A DNA stretch of 63,828 nt, filler included, from Vicugna vicugna (GCA_013265495.1; 78 parts of 75 records of this genome joined end to end with filler, not necessarily neighbours in it); one strand, 5' to 3'. Shown: positions 37,322-49,892, numbered from the whole stretch's first letter. Notes: generated by a model not told the origin, from the letters alone. Translations and numbers: made by a program.

Positions 37322-38088
37322 TTCCTCAATGGATCAGGGGGCACTCAGTGCTACGTGGCCTCCAAGAACAAACCCAAATTTCCCTCATGGCCTGGCCTAA
37401 AATAACACTCAGGGAACAGAAGCTAAGGGATACTAATAGAATCCAGGTGCTGCTGTCAGTTTGAGGAACTTCCCCACACTCAGAATACCAGAACACATCT
37501 TCGTGTGTGTGCTGGATGTAGGGAAACAGTCAAAGCATCTTTCAGGGGGCACATTTATTCCATGGTTGTGGGTTGTAGGTTAAAAACCCACATCCCATGG
37601 ATAGGCTCTCGCTAATACTTGGTTTAGAGCCCAACCCCCACTTTCCCCCACTCTCCAGCCTAGGCATGCCATCAGGGAAGACAAGCTAAGGGATTCTTTT
37701 AGAACCCAGGCGCTGCTGTCATTTGGAGGAGCCTCCCCACAATCAGGATACCTGAGCACGNNNNNNNNNNNNNNNNNNNNNNNNNNNNNNNNNNNNNNNN
37801 NNNNNNNNNNNNNNNNNNNNNNNNNNNNNNNNNNNNNNNNNNNNNNNNNNNNNNNNNNNNNNNNNNNNNNNNNNNNNNNNNNNNNNNNNNNNNNNNNNNN
37901 NNNNNNNNNNNNNNNNNNNNNNNNNNNNNNNNNNNNNNNNNNNNAAGTCAAGCTGAGTTATTCTATTTGAAGGAAGGCGCCGCTGTCAGTTGGAGGATCT
38001 TCCACACACTCAGGATTCCGGATCGCAACGTTGTGTGTGGGTCAGGTGTGGATACCCAGTCCACACAGATGAATGGGGGCACAGGTGT
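37322..38088. repeat. Satellite family C
   Basis: AAGCTAAGGGAT at 37420 and 37683 (263 bp); same monomer order as 59646-60377. Confidence 0.88.
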
Positions 38089-38981
38089 NNNNNNNNNNNN
38101 NNNNNNNNNNNNNNNNNNNNNNNNNNNNNNNNTTAATTAATTAANNNNNNNNNNNNNNNNNNNNNNNNNNNNNNNNNNNNNNNNNNNNACCAGTCTGTCC
38201 AGGGGGAGAAGGTGGTCCCTGCTTACGTTGTACTGATGCACCTCCCTTGACTAACGCCTGGGGGCTCTGCAGGAGGTGACAGATCAGGTGAACGGAGCCA
38301 GCCTGGGTGTGGCCGGTGCTGGCAGCTGTGCCCTCAGCTTTGCCCAGGCCACTAAACCTGCCAGCTCATCTACAAGGAGCAGAAGGGGAGTGCAGGCGTG
38401 TAGATCANNNNNNNNNNNNNNNNNNNNNNNNNNNNNNNNNNNNNNNNNNNNNNNNNNNNNNNNNNNNNNNNTCTCCTCCAACAACAACCAGAAAATAGAA
38501 TCTGACGTTAGAATCACAGAGAATCATAGAGCACCTCCTCCACATCAGGCCCGGCAGCACGTGCCAGGTCCTCCGACCGTCACCTGTGGGATGGGACTNN
38601 NNNNNNNNNNNNNNNNNNNNNNNNNNNNNNNNNNNNNNNNNNNNNNNNNNNNNNNNNNNNNNNNNNNNNNNNNNNNNNNNNNNNNNNNNNNNNNNNNNNN
38701 NNNNNNNNNNNNNNNNNNNNNNNNNNNNNNNNNNNNNNNNNNNNNNNNNNNNNAGGGTGAGGGGCAGCCCAGAAGAGCTCGTCTGCACTTCCAAGGCATA
38801 ATGGGGCCTTTGACCTAATCACAGGGACAAAGTGAGGATGAATTTTTCCCTGCCCTGTCCCATTCTCCGTGACGTGACACGNNNNNNNNNNNNNNNNNNN
38901 NNNNNNNNNNNNNNNNNNNNNNNNNTTAATTAATTAANNNNNNNNNNNNNNNNNNNNNNNNNNNNNNNNNNNNNNNNNNNN

Positions 38982-39089
38982 CAAAATAAATTCTCCTCTA
39001 AGATGATCCTCACGGATTGGACCACAACAGGGAGAGTTTGGTGGTCCTCAGCACACTGCACGTAGTCAGGGGCGCTCATGTTGCAGGCC
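38982..39089 (-). pseudogene. TRAPPC9: Diverged non-processed copy of the TRAPPC9 first coding exon, copy 2 (upstream intron to 39195)
   Basis: ATG at 39079 gives [32 protein letters not shown]. The whole scaffold is a reverse-complement paralogue of about 4376-4590, including the intron. Confidence 0.85.
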
Positions 39090-39295
39090 CTGCCGAGAGG
39101 GGAGAGATCGAGGTACATACTGCGCTGTGGGCTGCTTGCCTCACTGGGCCGCAGCGACCTGGTGTGTACCAGCCAGAAGGCAAGGGAAGCCCTAGNNNNN
39201 NNNNNNNNNNNNNNNNNNNNNNNNNNNNNNNNNNNNNNNTTAATTAATTAANNNNNNNNNNNNNNNNNNNNNNNNNNNNNNNNNNNNNNNNNNNN

Positions 39296-40414
39296 CCCTC
39301 AGGGGAGACGAGCTTACGCTTTCCGTTGGAACCCACGCGCGGCCGACCGATAGTGGAAGCTCCCCACGCTCAGGATTCCGGAACCATTTTCAGTGCGTGT
39401 GGGAGCTCGAGAGACAACTCCACGCAGCTCTCCTCAGTCACAGGTGTTCCCTGTTCGGGGAAGTCCGAGAAATAGCTTCCCTGACCTTGGGGAGGCAGCN
39501 NNNNNNNNNNNNNNNNNNNNNNNNNNNNNNNNNNNNNNNNNNNNNNNNNNNNNNNNNNNNNNNNNNNNNNNNNNNNNNNNNNNNNNNNNNNNNNNNNNNN
39601 NNNNNNNNNNNNNNNNNNNNNNNNNNNNNNNNNNNNNNNNNNNNNNNNNNNNNNNNNNNNNNNNNNNNNNNNNNNNNNNNNNNNNNNNNNNNNNNNNNNN
39701 NNNNNNNNNNNNNNNNNNNNNNNNNNNNNNNNNNNNNNNNNNNNNNNNNNNNNNNNNNNNNNNNNNNNNNNNNNNNNNNNNNNNNNNNNNNNNNNNNNNN
39801 NNNNNNNNNNNNNNNNNNNNNNNNNNNNNNNNNNNNNNNNNNNNNNNNNNNNNNNNNNNNNNNNNNNNNNNNNNNNNNNNNNNNNNNNNNNNNNNNNNNN
39901 NNNNNNNNNNNNNNNNNNNNNNNNNNNNNNNNNNNNNNNNNNNNNNNNNNNNNNNNNNNNNNNNNNNNNNNNNNNNNNNNNNNNNNNNNNNNNNNNNNNN
40001 NNNNNNNNNNNNNNNNNNNNNNNNNNNNNNNNNNNNNNNNNNNNNNNNNNNNNNNNNNNNNNNNNNNNNNNNNNNNNNNNNNNNNNNNNNNNNNNNNNNN
40101 NNNNNNNNNNNNNNNNNNNNNNNNNNNNNNNNNNNNNNNNNNNNNNNNNNNNNNNNNNNNNNNNNNNNNNNNNNNNNNNNNNNNNNNNNNNNNNNNNNNN
40201 NNNNNNNNNNNNNNNNNNNNNNNNNNNNNNNNNNNNNNNNNNNNNNNNNNNNNNNNNNNNNNNNNNNNNNNNNNNNNNNNNNNNNNNNNNNNNNNNNNNN
40301 NNNNNNNNNNNNNNNNNNTCTCTGGCAAAGAGATATTAGGAAAACACTCAGGGGAGACGAGTATAGGAATTCCATTAGAACCCACGCGCTGACGATCGTT
40401 GGTGGAACCTCCCC
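39296..40414. repeat. Satellite family A (reverse)
   Basis: Family A sequence on both sides of the gap. Confidence 0.92.
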
Positions 40415-40514
40415 NNNNNNNNNNNNNNNNNNNNNNNNNNNNNNNNNNNNNNNNNNNNTTAATTAATTAANNNNNNNNNNNNNNNNNNNNNNNNNNNNNN
40501 NNNNNNNNNNNNNN

Positions 40515-41461
40515 GGAAACAGAGTCCACGCATCTTTATGGGGGAACAGGAGTTTCCAGGTTGGGGATATACTTTAACAACCTCCACTGCCAAAATAAAG
40601 GAACTCGCTAATACATGGTTTTAGAGCACAACCCCCAAATTCGCTCACAACCCGGCCAAGGAAAATTCTCAGGAATAACAACCTAATGGATCCAATTAGA
40701 TCCCATGTGCTACTGTCACTTGCAGGAGCCTCCCCACACTCAGGACACCAGAATAACACCTAGTGTGTGTGCTGATGGCGGGGAAACAGTGTCCTTGCAT
40801 CTTTCATTTGGCACAGGTATTCCCAAATATTTGGTTGTAGGTTAAACCACTTCAAATCCCGTGGAGAGGCACTCAATAATACTTGGTTTTAGAGCCCAAC
40901 CCTCACATTCCCCCGCACTCCCAACTAGGCTAGCCATCAGTGAAGACAAGTTAATGGATTGTATAAGAATGGATTGTATCCCAGGCCCTGCTCTAAGTTG
41001 TAGGTGCCTCCCCACACTCAGGAAACCTCAACCCGTTTTCATGTGTGTGCTGGAGGTGGGGAAACAGATTCCACGCCTTTTTGAGGGGGCAGAGATGTTC
41101 CAAGTTTGGGGATGTATTTAAAACACCTCCAATGCCCATGGAGAGGCACTCGCTATTAGTAGTCTTTAGTGCCCATCACCCAACTTCGCTCACAGCCTGG
41201 CCAAAGGAAACACTCAGGGAAAGCAAGCCAAGTGATATTATAAGGTCAAAGGTGCTGCTGTCAGTTGAAGGAACTTCCCAACACTCAGGACTCCAGAGAA
41301 TCTCTTGTGTGTGGGGGAGTTGTGGAGACCCAGTCCACGCAGATGAATGGGGGCAGAGGTAAATGGGGGCAGTTCCAATTTAGGGTGAAATACTCTAAGG
41401 ACTTCCTCAGTAACTCGGGGGCACACGTTGCTACTTTTACTTCAAGCCTAACCCCCACTCT
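40515..41461. repeat. Satellite family C
   Basis: About 3.5 diverged monomers (CCTCCCCACACTCAGGA recurring). Confidence 0.88.
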
Positions 41462-41561
41462 NNNNNNNNNNNNNNNNNNNNNNNNNNNNNNNNNNNNNNN
41501 NNNNNTTAATTAATTAANNNNNNNNNNNNNNNNNNNNNNNNNNNNNNNNNNNNNNNNNNNN

Positions 41562-41980
41562 TGTGTGGAGAGCAGCGGAGCAGTTCTCTTTTTATTGATT
41601 CTTAGAGAAAGGGTTTATATAGGACATGCACAACGCCTCACATATAATCTAAGTTATAACAATGTTAATAATCTTTAGCTATTTATGTTCCCATGCTCCT
41701 GCAGTAAGCACAGGTTATTAAATGATCAAGGATTGTTGTATAGTTCATCACGGAACTTCATTGATTAGGCCATCTCTTAACCAGACGGCTCTGCTTGACT
41801 TAGGATGTCCTCCTGTGAGGATCTTACCCAGCATAAGCTATCCAGCCACCCATACTGTATACATTGAGTAGGCCATTTCATATCCAGCCTGGATATGTGA
41901 CATTCCTCACAGCTTGTTTATCAGTTCAGCACATGGGCTTATTCTCTAGAGCCTTCAGACAGGGGCCTACAAACCCAACA
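41562..41980 (-). mobile_element. ERV LTR with short R region (ERVK/betaretrovirus-like), adjoining L1 3' sequence
   Basis: Minus strand starts TGTTGGGTTTGTAGG at 41980; TATA box CTATATAAA (41614-41622) lies ~20 bp before AATAAA (41591-41596). L1 sequence starts at 41981. Confidence 0.6.
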
Positions 41981-42855
41981 TCCCTTGACAGAAAAATGGA
42001 TGAAAAAATTTGATGTATATATGCAATGGAATCAATACTTTGCATTCCTATCAACAGTNNNNNNNNNNNNNNNNNNNNNNNNNNNNNNNNNNNNNNNNNN
42101 NNNNNNNNNNNNNNNNNNNNNNNNNNNNNNNNNNNNNNNNNNNNNNNNNNNNNNNNNNNNNNNNNNNNNNNNNNTAATTTATAAAACACATTTTCATGTG
42201 TCATATAGCCAACTCGATGTTTTCTACAGAAAATTAATTCAGATCTACCTATTAAGCTCCTATGGACTTTTTTTAAATTGGATTGTTTGCTTTTCTTGTT
42301 GTTTTTTGGGGGTAAGAATTTGCCATATATTTTGGATATTNNNNNNNNNNNNNNNNNNNNNNNNNNNNNNNNNNNNNNNNNNNNTTAATTAATTAANNNN
42401 NNNNNNNNNNNNNNNNNNNNNNNNNNNNNNNNNNNNNNNNACAGTGGAATGACTGCTCTTATTTTACTTTCTACAATCTCTTAAATGGATAGATTCCCAT
42501 CTCCATTATACAAGCATTGCTGGGTAACTTTTACAGTCATGTGAGGATCAAACGAGTGAGTACTTATTAATACTATTACCATGCTTCTACTGAATTAATA
42601 CTTCAGCAACAGTATAATGGCCACGCTTCTTAACAACTGCCTGTGTAACAGCTCTTGTAAGTCACAAATAATAATTATAAAGAAAATATATGAAAAATAA
42701 TAACACTTACAGTTACAACAACTATGCTGTTTATAACGATGATAGTTTTAGCATCTCCCTCTCATATTATACAGTACCCAACACTGGATTCATCAGGAAG
42801 TAAATGCATTTTTGGACTCTTCAAGGTCTTCACCCCATGAAGCCTGTTTACTCAC

Positions 42856-43058
42856 ATTAGTCCAACACAGCCAGAATTGCTGTTCCTTGCATGGTGAGCT
42901 GCCACGCTGCGATGTCATGGGCTTTTTTTTCATGCGTCTATACAGTGTAGTCAAGTTTCCATATACCCACTCTGATTTCCAATATATTGTTCTCCAGAGC
43001 CAAGAGAGGGGCCACTGGAAACAGGCCAGAGATAAGATGGTGGACCCAAACTGAATAC
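42856..43058 (-). pseudogene. ANO6: Frameshifted ANO6-like (TMEM16F) exon with intact splice sites; non-processed pseudogene fragment
   Basis: cttcaacag|GT ATT CAG TTT GGG...ACT AAT|gtgagt. Joined frames give [42 protein letters not shown]../KAHDIAAWQLTMQGTAILAVL/TN versus recalled ANO6 [67 protein letters not shown]. Four indels. Confidence 0.82.
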
Positions 43059-43294
43059 CTGTTGAAGGAATGGACACACAACTTGGAGTGGTGGATGGAT
43101 GGAAGGACAAAATATATTCCTTTACTCCTGTAAAATGGAGGTGCAAATAATGAACCAAATCCCAAAGAGAAAAGACATTCATGGTAATAATAGTNNNNNN
43201 NNNNNNNNNNNNNNNNNNNNNNNNNNNNNNNNNNNNNNTTAATTAATTAANNNNNNNNNNNNNNNNNNNNNNNNNNNNNNNNNNNNNNNNNNNN

Positions 43295-44124
43295 TCTGAG
43301 ACCAAGATCCGTGATGCCAAATTTGAGTTAGCAGGGGCATCGGACAGTGAGAGATAGGGCTACGGATGATGGCAAACGCTGAGTCTCAGGGATCTGGAGT
43401 GCATTGTGGGATTTGGTGGGTCGAATCAAGAGAGCAAATCAAACAGTGTACGAATGATAAATCAACCACACTGGTCACGCGGTTGAGATTACCGATATNN
43501 NNNNNNNNNNNNNNNNNNNNNNNNNNNNNNNNNNNNNNNNNNNNNNNNNNNNNNNNNNNNNNNNNNNNNNNNNNNNNNNNNNNNNNNNNNNNNNNNNNNN
43601 NNNNNNNNNNNNNNNNNNNNNNNNNNNNNNNNNNNNNNNNNNNNNNNNNNNNNNNNNNNNNNNNNNNNNNNNNNNNNNNNNNNNNNNNNNNNNNNNNNNN
43701 NNNNNNNNNNNNNNNNNNNNNNNNNNNNNNNNNNNNNNNNNNNNNNNNNNNNNNNNNNNNNNNNNNNNNNNNNNNNNNNNNNNNNNNNNNNNNNNNNNNN
43801 NNNNNNNNNNNNNNNNNNNNNNNNNNNNNNNNNNNNNNNNNNNNNNNNNNNNNNNNNNNNNNNNNNNNNNNNNNNNNNNNNNNNNNNNNNNNNNNNNNNN
43901 NNNNNNNNNNNNNNNNNNNNNNNNNNNNNNNNNNNNNNNNNNNNNNNNNNNNNNNNNNNNNNNNNNNNNNNNNNNNNNNNNNNNNNNNNNNNNNNNNNNN
44001 NNNNNNNNNNNNNNNNNNNNNNNNNNNNNNNNNNNNNNNNNNNNNNNNNNNNNNNNNNNNNNNAGCTGAGAAAATTTAGAAGCTTCATTTCCACAAGAGG
44101 AAGTGTCCTGCGTACTTTCAGAAT
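43295..44124. repeat. Anonymous ~840-bp multicopy element, copy 1 (inverted paralogue of 49053-49892)
   Basis: Both sequenced ends match the reverse complement of the ends of 49053-49892. Confidence 0.85.
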
Positions 44125-45207
44125 NNNNNNNNNNNNNNNNNNNNNNNNNNNNNNNNNNNNNNNNNNNNTTAATTAATTAANNNNNNNNNNNNNNNNNNNN
44201 NNNNNNNNNNNNNNNNNNNNNNNNTGGTTACAGTTGAATCTCTACTTCCTATATCCTGGACTGATTACACAGGCAATGTTAGTGCGGTAACCTTCTTGTG
44301 AATGCAAGTGTAGCTAGGAAGACAACAGAGAAAATAGAAGGGATATAAAGTAATGGAGGGACTTCATAGCAGTACAAATGGTGACTTTGACACCACCAGC
44401 TGCTGACGTGAACTTGGCAAGAATTTGNNNNNNNNNNNNNNNNNNNNNNNNNNNNNNNNNNNNAGCAGGAGAGTCCTGCAGCTTTTGGGGTGAACAGGCA
44501 AAGGGGAGAGCAGATATGGTGGCTATCCAGGGGCTATTTTTGTCCTGAATGTGAAAATGTCCAGTCCCCTGTTCAATTTTGCAGCCAAAATTTCACATGA
44601 CTCAGGGCATTATTTCCACCAGGATACCATAAAAATATAAACAACCTCTGTTTCCCAAAGTGTTCTCGATCTGAGATAATTGTCCTGTGGAGGGAGGTAA
44701 GTGGGCGATGGGGCCTATTACATCACCCCCTTTCACTAGAAGTCTACCTCGCTGCTTTTCACCCTACTCCTAGAGGTGCTGTCATTCTGTTACACCTAGG
44801 CCTGTAAGACGGGCTTGCCTGAATCCTCACGTGAAGAGGGATGGTTATGTGCAGTTTTAAAAAATTGCTTGGGTCATGGGGTCCTTTGTTCCTTCCATTG
44901 GAAATCACTATTCCAGAGCAAATAGTATGCCTCTATAGAAACTATATTGTTTGTAAGATGTATTCAGAAGTTTTGCAGTAGGTTTAAGTATTTGCTAGTA
45001 TTTGCTTTGGCATCTTGATTGTTTGAAGGAGGCAACCCTCACTAGGGGCATTGTGTACTTTAGGTCTGAGAGTTCCTTTACTGGCAGCAGAGTGTTCGTA
45101 GGCAGAGNNNNNNNNNNNNNNNNNNNNNNNNNNNNNNNNNNNNNNNNNNNNTTAATTAATTAANNNNNNNNNNNNNNNNNNNNNNNNNNNNNNNNNNNNN
45201 NNNNNNN

Positions 45208-46263
45208 TTTCATCTAGAAACGTGTACTCATTTTCACAACCTTTTCCTAACAACAGTTTCGAATTCGTGCATTTCTCACAGAAAAATACTTCTGGAGTGT
45301 TTTCCATCTAATAGATATGTAATTTACATAAATTTGATCAACATGGCATTCCGGGTTCCGTACATTAAACATGCATTATGGATTCAAAAAACATGCGTTT
45401 CTCATTGTGAGCATGGGGATTACTGACCTTTCATCTACGAAACAAGGCATATATACACTTAGATATATTTACTCTAACTTCATATGTTTTTTCTGTCACC
45501 AGTTTCTTAAATCAGAATTTTTGAACGAAAAAACATTCTTTGAGAGAATTGTCACCAATACACATGTAATTAACATTGTTTCCATAAGCATGCCATTCCG
45601 TATTCCAAACATGTTTCATGCACCACGGATTCCACAAACATGCATTTCTGAGTTGTGAACATATGGATGACTGATGTTTCAACCACCATACAAAGTACCT
45701 ATGCACTTTGAAATATTGACTTTAACTTCGTTGCTTCATGCCATCACCAGTTGCAATAATCACAAATGCATTCCTGAGAGCCTGTGGATTACTGATCTTT
45801 CATCCTCTATAAATGGATTATTTTCATCTAGAAACCTGTACTCATTTTCACAAGTTTGTCCTAACACCAGTTTTGAATTCATGCATTGCATNNNNNNNNN
45901 NNNNNNNNNNNNNNNNNNNNNNNNNNNNNNNNNNNNNNNNNNNNNNNNNNNNNNNNNNNNNNNNNNNNNNNNNNNNNNNNNNNNNNNNNNNNNNNNNNNN
46001 NNNNNNNNNNNNNNNNNNNNNNNNNNNNNNNNNNNNNNNNNNNNNNNNNNNNNNNNNNNNNNNNNNNNNNNNNNNNNNNNNNNNNNNNNNNNNNNNNNNN
46101 NNNNNNNNNNNNNNNNNNNNNNNNNNNNNNNNNNNNNGACCATTCATCAACAAGGCATATATACACTTAGAAATATTTCCTCTGACTTCAAAGTTTTTTT
46201 CTATCAAAAGGTTCTAAAATCAGACATTTTGTACCAGAAATCTCTCATTGAGCAAATTAAATT
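45208..46263. repeat. Satellite family D
   Basis: Colinear with 46580-47100. Confidence 0.92.
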
Positions 46264-46363
46264 NNNNNNNNNNNNNNNNNNNNNNNNNNNNNNNNNNNNN
46301 NNNNNNNTTAATTAATTAANNNNNNNNNNNNNNNNNNNNNNNNNNNNNNNNNNNNNNNNNNNN

Positions 46364-47235
46364 CTTCTTCCTATCACCAGTTTCAAGAATCACACTTTGA
46401 TCCCAGAAAAACACTGTTGGAGCGAATTCTAACCTATATATATGTAATTTGAATAGATTCCATCAACATGATATTCCGTGTTCCGTACATGCTACATGCA
46501 TGATGGATTCGACAAATATGCATTCCAAGTTGAGAGCATGTGGATTACTGATCTTTCATTTTCTATAAATGAAATATTTCCATCTAGAACCGTGTAAACA
46601 TTTTCACAAGCTTTCCCTAACACCAGTTACAAATTCGTGTATTTTTCACAGAAAAATACTTCTAGAGCGATTTCCATCTAATAGATATGTAATTTACATA
46701 AATTCGATCATCATGGCATTCTGGGTTCCGTACATGCAACATGCATTATGGATTCAACAAACATGCGTTTCTCATTGTGAGCATGGGAATTACTGACCTT
46801 TCATCCACGAAATAAGGCATATATACACTTAGAAATATTTACTCTTACTTCATAGTTTTTTTCTGTCACCAGTTTCTTAAATCGGACTTTTTGAACCAAA
46901 AAACATTCTTTGAGAGAATTGTCACCAATACACATGTAATTAATATTGTTTCCATAAGCATGCCATTCCGTGTTCCGAACATGTATCATGCACCACGGAT
47001 TCCACAAACATGAATTTCTGACTTGTGAACATGTGGAAGACTGATGTTTCAACCACCATATAGTGTACCTATGGCTTTGAAATATTTATTTTGACTTCGT
47101 AGATTTTTCCTATACCAGTTTCAAGAATCACACTTTATATCCCAGAAAACTTTCTTGAAGCCTATAGTACCCTATAGATATGTAATTTGAATAGACTGCA
47201 TCAACATGATATTCCGTGTTCCGTACATGCTACGT
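46364..47235. repeat. Satellite family D
   Basis: CCTAT(C)ACCAGTTTCAAGAATCACACTTT at 46370 and 47109 (739 bp). Confidence 0.93.
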
Positions 47236-47335
47236 NNNNNNNNNNNNNNNNNNNNNNNNNNNNNNNNNNNNNNNNNNNNTTAATTAATTAANNNNNNNNN
47301 NNNNNNNNNNNNNNNNNNNNNNNNNNNNNNNNNNN

Positions 47336-48018
47336 AAAATAGCAATATAAATCCTCCCTATAAATTGCAGTCCAGGACTGAACGGATTCACTGAGGAATT
47401 CTACAAAACATACAAAGAACTCATACCAGTCCTTCTCAAACTCTTCCAGAAGATTGAAAATGAAGGAATACTCCCAAAGTCTTTCTATGAAGCCACAATC
47501 ACCCTGACACCACAACCAGGCAAAGACACAATCAAAAAAAGGATTATAGCCGAATATAACTTATGAAAACAGACGCCAAAATCCTCACCAAAATAGTAGC
47601 AAATAGAATCCAAAAACACAGATAAAAGATTATACATCATGACCAAGTGGGGATCATGCCAAAGACAAAGAGGTGGTTCAACATATGGAAATCAAACAGT
47701 GTAACACAGCACATCAACAAGAGAAAGGACCAAAATGGCATGATCATCTCAATAGATGCAGGAAAACATTTGATAAAATTCAACACCCACGTATGATAAA
47801 AACTCTCACCAAAGTGGGCATAGAGGGAACATATTTCAGCATCATGAAAGCTATAGAAAACAAACCTACAGACAACATAGTACTCAATGGATGAAATCTG
47901 GGACAAGGATGCAAACTATCACCACTCCAACACAATATAAAATTGGAAGCCCAAGTCACAGCAATCAAACAAGAGAGAGAATTAAAAGGGTTGCAATTTG
48001 GAAAGGAATATGTTATGT
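47336..48018 (+). mobile_element. Degenerate L1 ORF2 reverse-transcriptase fragment
   Basis: Encodes [55 protein letters not shown] and [13 protein letters not shown] motifs, with frameshifts. Confidence 0.92.
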
Positions 48019-48118
48019 NNNNNNNNNNNNNNNNNNNNNNNNNNNNNNNNNNNNNNNNNNNNTTAATTAATTAANNNNNNNNNNNNNNNNNNNNNNNNNN
48101 NNNNNNNNNNNNNNNNNN

Positions 48119-48952
48119 CTGTGATTCTTGAAACTTGTGACAGGTAGAAGCAATGAAGTCAAAGTAAATATTTCAAAGTGCATAGGTACCTTGTTATGTT
48201 TGAAATATCAGTTATGCGCATGTTCACAACTCAGAAATGCATGTGGGAGGATTCCGTGATGTATGAATCATGTACGGAAAATGTCATGTCATGGTTATAC
48301 AAACAATGTAAATTAAATGTGTATTGGTGAGAATTTGCTCAAAGAGTGTTTTCTGGTGCCAAATGTCTGATTTTAGAACCTGGAGATAGATAAAATGATG
48401 AAGACAGAGTAAACATTTCTAAGTGAATATATGCCTTGTTTGGTGGATGAAAGGTCAGTAATCCACGTGCTCACAACTCAGAAACGCATGTTTGCCAAAT
48501 CCGTCATGCATGTAGCATGTACGGAACCCGGAAAGCCATGTGGAAGGAATTCATGTAAATTACAAATCTATTAGTTTGAAATCGATCCAGAAGTATTTTT
48601 TTGTGAAAAAAGCACGAATTCAAAACAGGTGTTAGGGAAAGCTTGTGAAAATGTGTACACGTGTCTAGATGAAAATATTCCATTTATTGAGGATGAAAGA
48701 TCAATAATCCACATGTACTCAACTCAGGAAAGCATGTTTGTCGAATCCGTCATGCATGTAGCATGTACGGAACACGGAATTCCATGTAGATTGAATCTAT
48801 TCAAACTACACATCTATAGGGTAGATTTCATTCCAAGATAATTTTTCTTGGGTCAAATTGTTATCCTTGAAATTCCCTTGAAACTGATGATAGTAAGAAG
48901 CTATGACGTCAAAGTATATATTTCATAGTGCATAGGTAACTTGTTTGGTGGT
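48119..48952. repeat. Satellite family D
   Basis: GTCAAAGTA.ATATTTCA.AGTGCATAGGTA recurs after 750 bp (includes an ~11-bp duplication). Confidence 0.92.
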
Positions 48953-49052
48953 NNNNNNNNNNNNNNNNNNNNNNNNNNNNNNNNNNNNNNNNNNNNTTAA
49001 TTAATTAANNNNNNNNNNNNNNNNNNNNNNNNNNNNNNNNNNNNNNNNNNNN

Positions 49053-49892
49053 TCTAAAAGTGCACAGGACACTTCCTCTGGTGGAAATGAAGCTTCAAAA
49101 GGTTCTCAGCTCTGCATTCTGCTCCATGTCACTTTGGAGTGTTTCCAAAACTGCAAACTGAGAGTGCGCTTGTGCTTTGTAGTGCCACGGGAATGTCCCA
49201 ATGAAACCAGTTCTTCCCAGAGCTTCTCTGCCTACAGAAACACCAGTGGAAGCATATCAATGGATGTCACACATCAGGGCCAGTGGAATGATCCCGCAGA
49301 CCGACCTTGGTGTCCTCGGTGCCGTACCGTGCCGGTGCCATCCAAAATGTTGCATCTGCTTTTGGGAGATAATGCTGAAGGAAATGCTTCAACTTCTCAC
49401 ACTGTGGACTTGGACCACTCTTCCTTGTACTCTCATCCTTGTGGCACGGGTGCACGAAGGCAACCACAGAGCTGTTGCGTAACCTGTGCCTCAAACCAAA
49501 CCATAATCCCAATCCCAGGTTATGAATGTAGCAGATCCTAAGGCTTTTCATTCTGATTTCAAACCCAAGGCCACCTAGATCACTCAGACCAGATGCACGA
49601 TATCTCTGATTCAGCTCCACACGTGCTCTATTGGCAAAATGCCCAATTGGTCCCTGGTCCTGCAGATGCACTGGGTGTGGCCATGGGACATATCGAAAAT
49701 CTCAACCGCGTGTGCCGGTGTGGTGGCCTTCTCATTGGGGTCACAGTTCGGTTTGATCTCTTGATAGGACCCACCACATCTCACAACGCACTCCAGATTC
49801 CTGAGACTCAGTGTGTGCCATCATCCGTAGCCCTATCCCTCCATGACCGCTGCCTCTGCTACGTCAAATTTGGCAGCTCGGAGCTTGGTCTC
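49053..49892. repeat. Anonymous ~840-bp multicopy element, copy 2 (ungapped)
   Basis: Paralogue of 43295-44124; no recognisable ORF or transposon motif. Confidence 0.85.

Noticed and set aside
2502..43058. LGALS1, TRAPPC9 and ANO6 fragments as a linked cluster or system
   Set aside because: They lie on separate scaffolds joined artificially, so co-occurrence carries no positional information.
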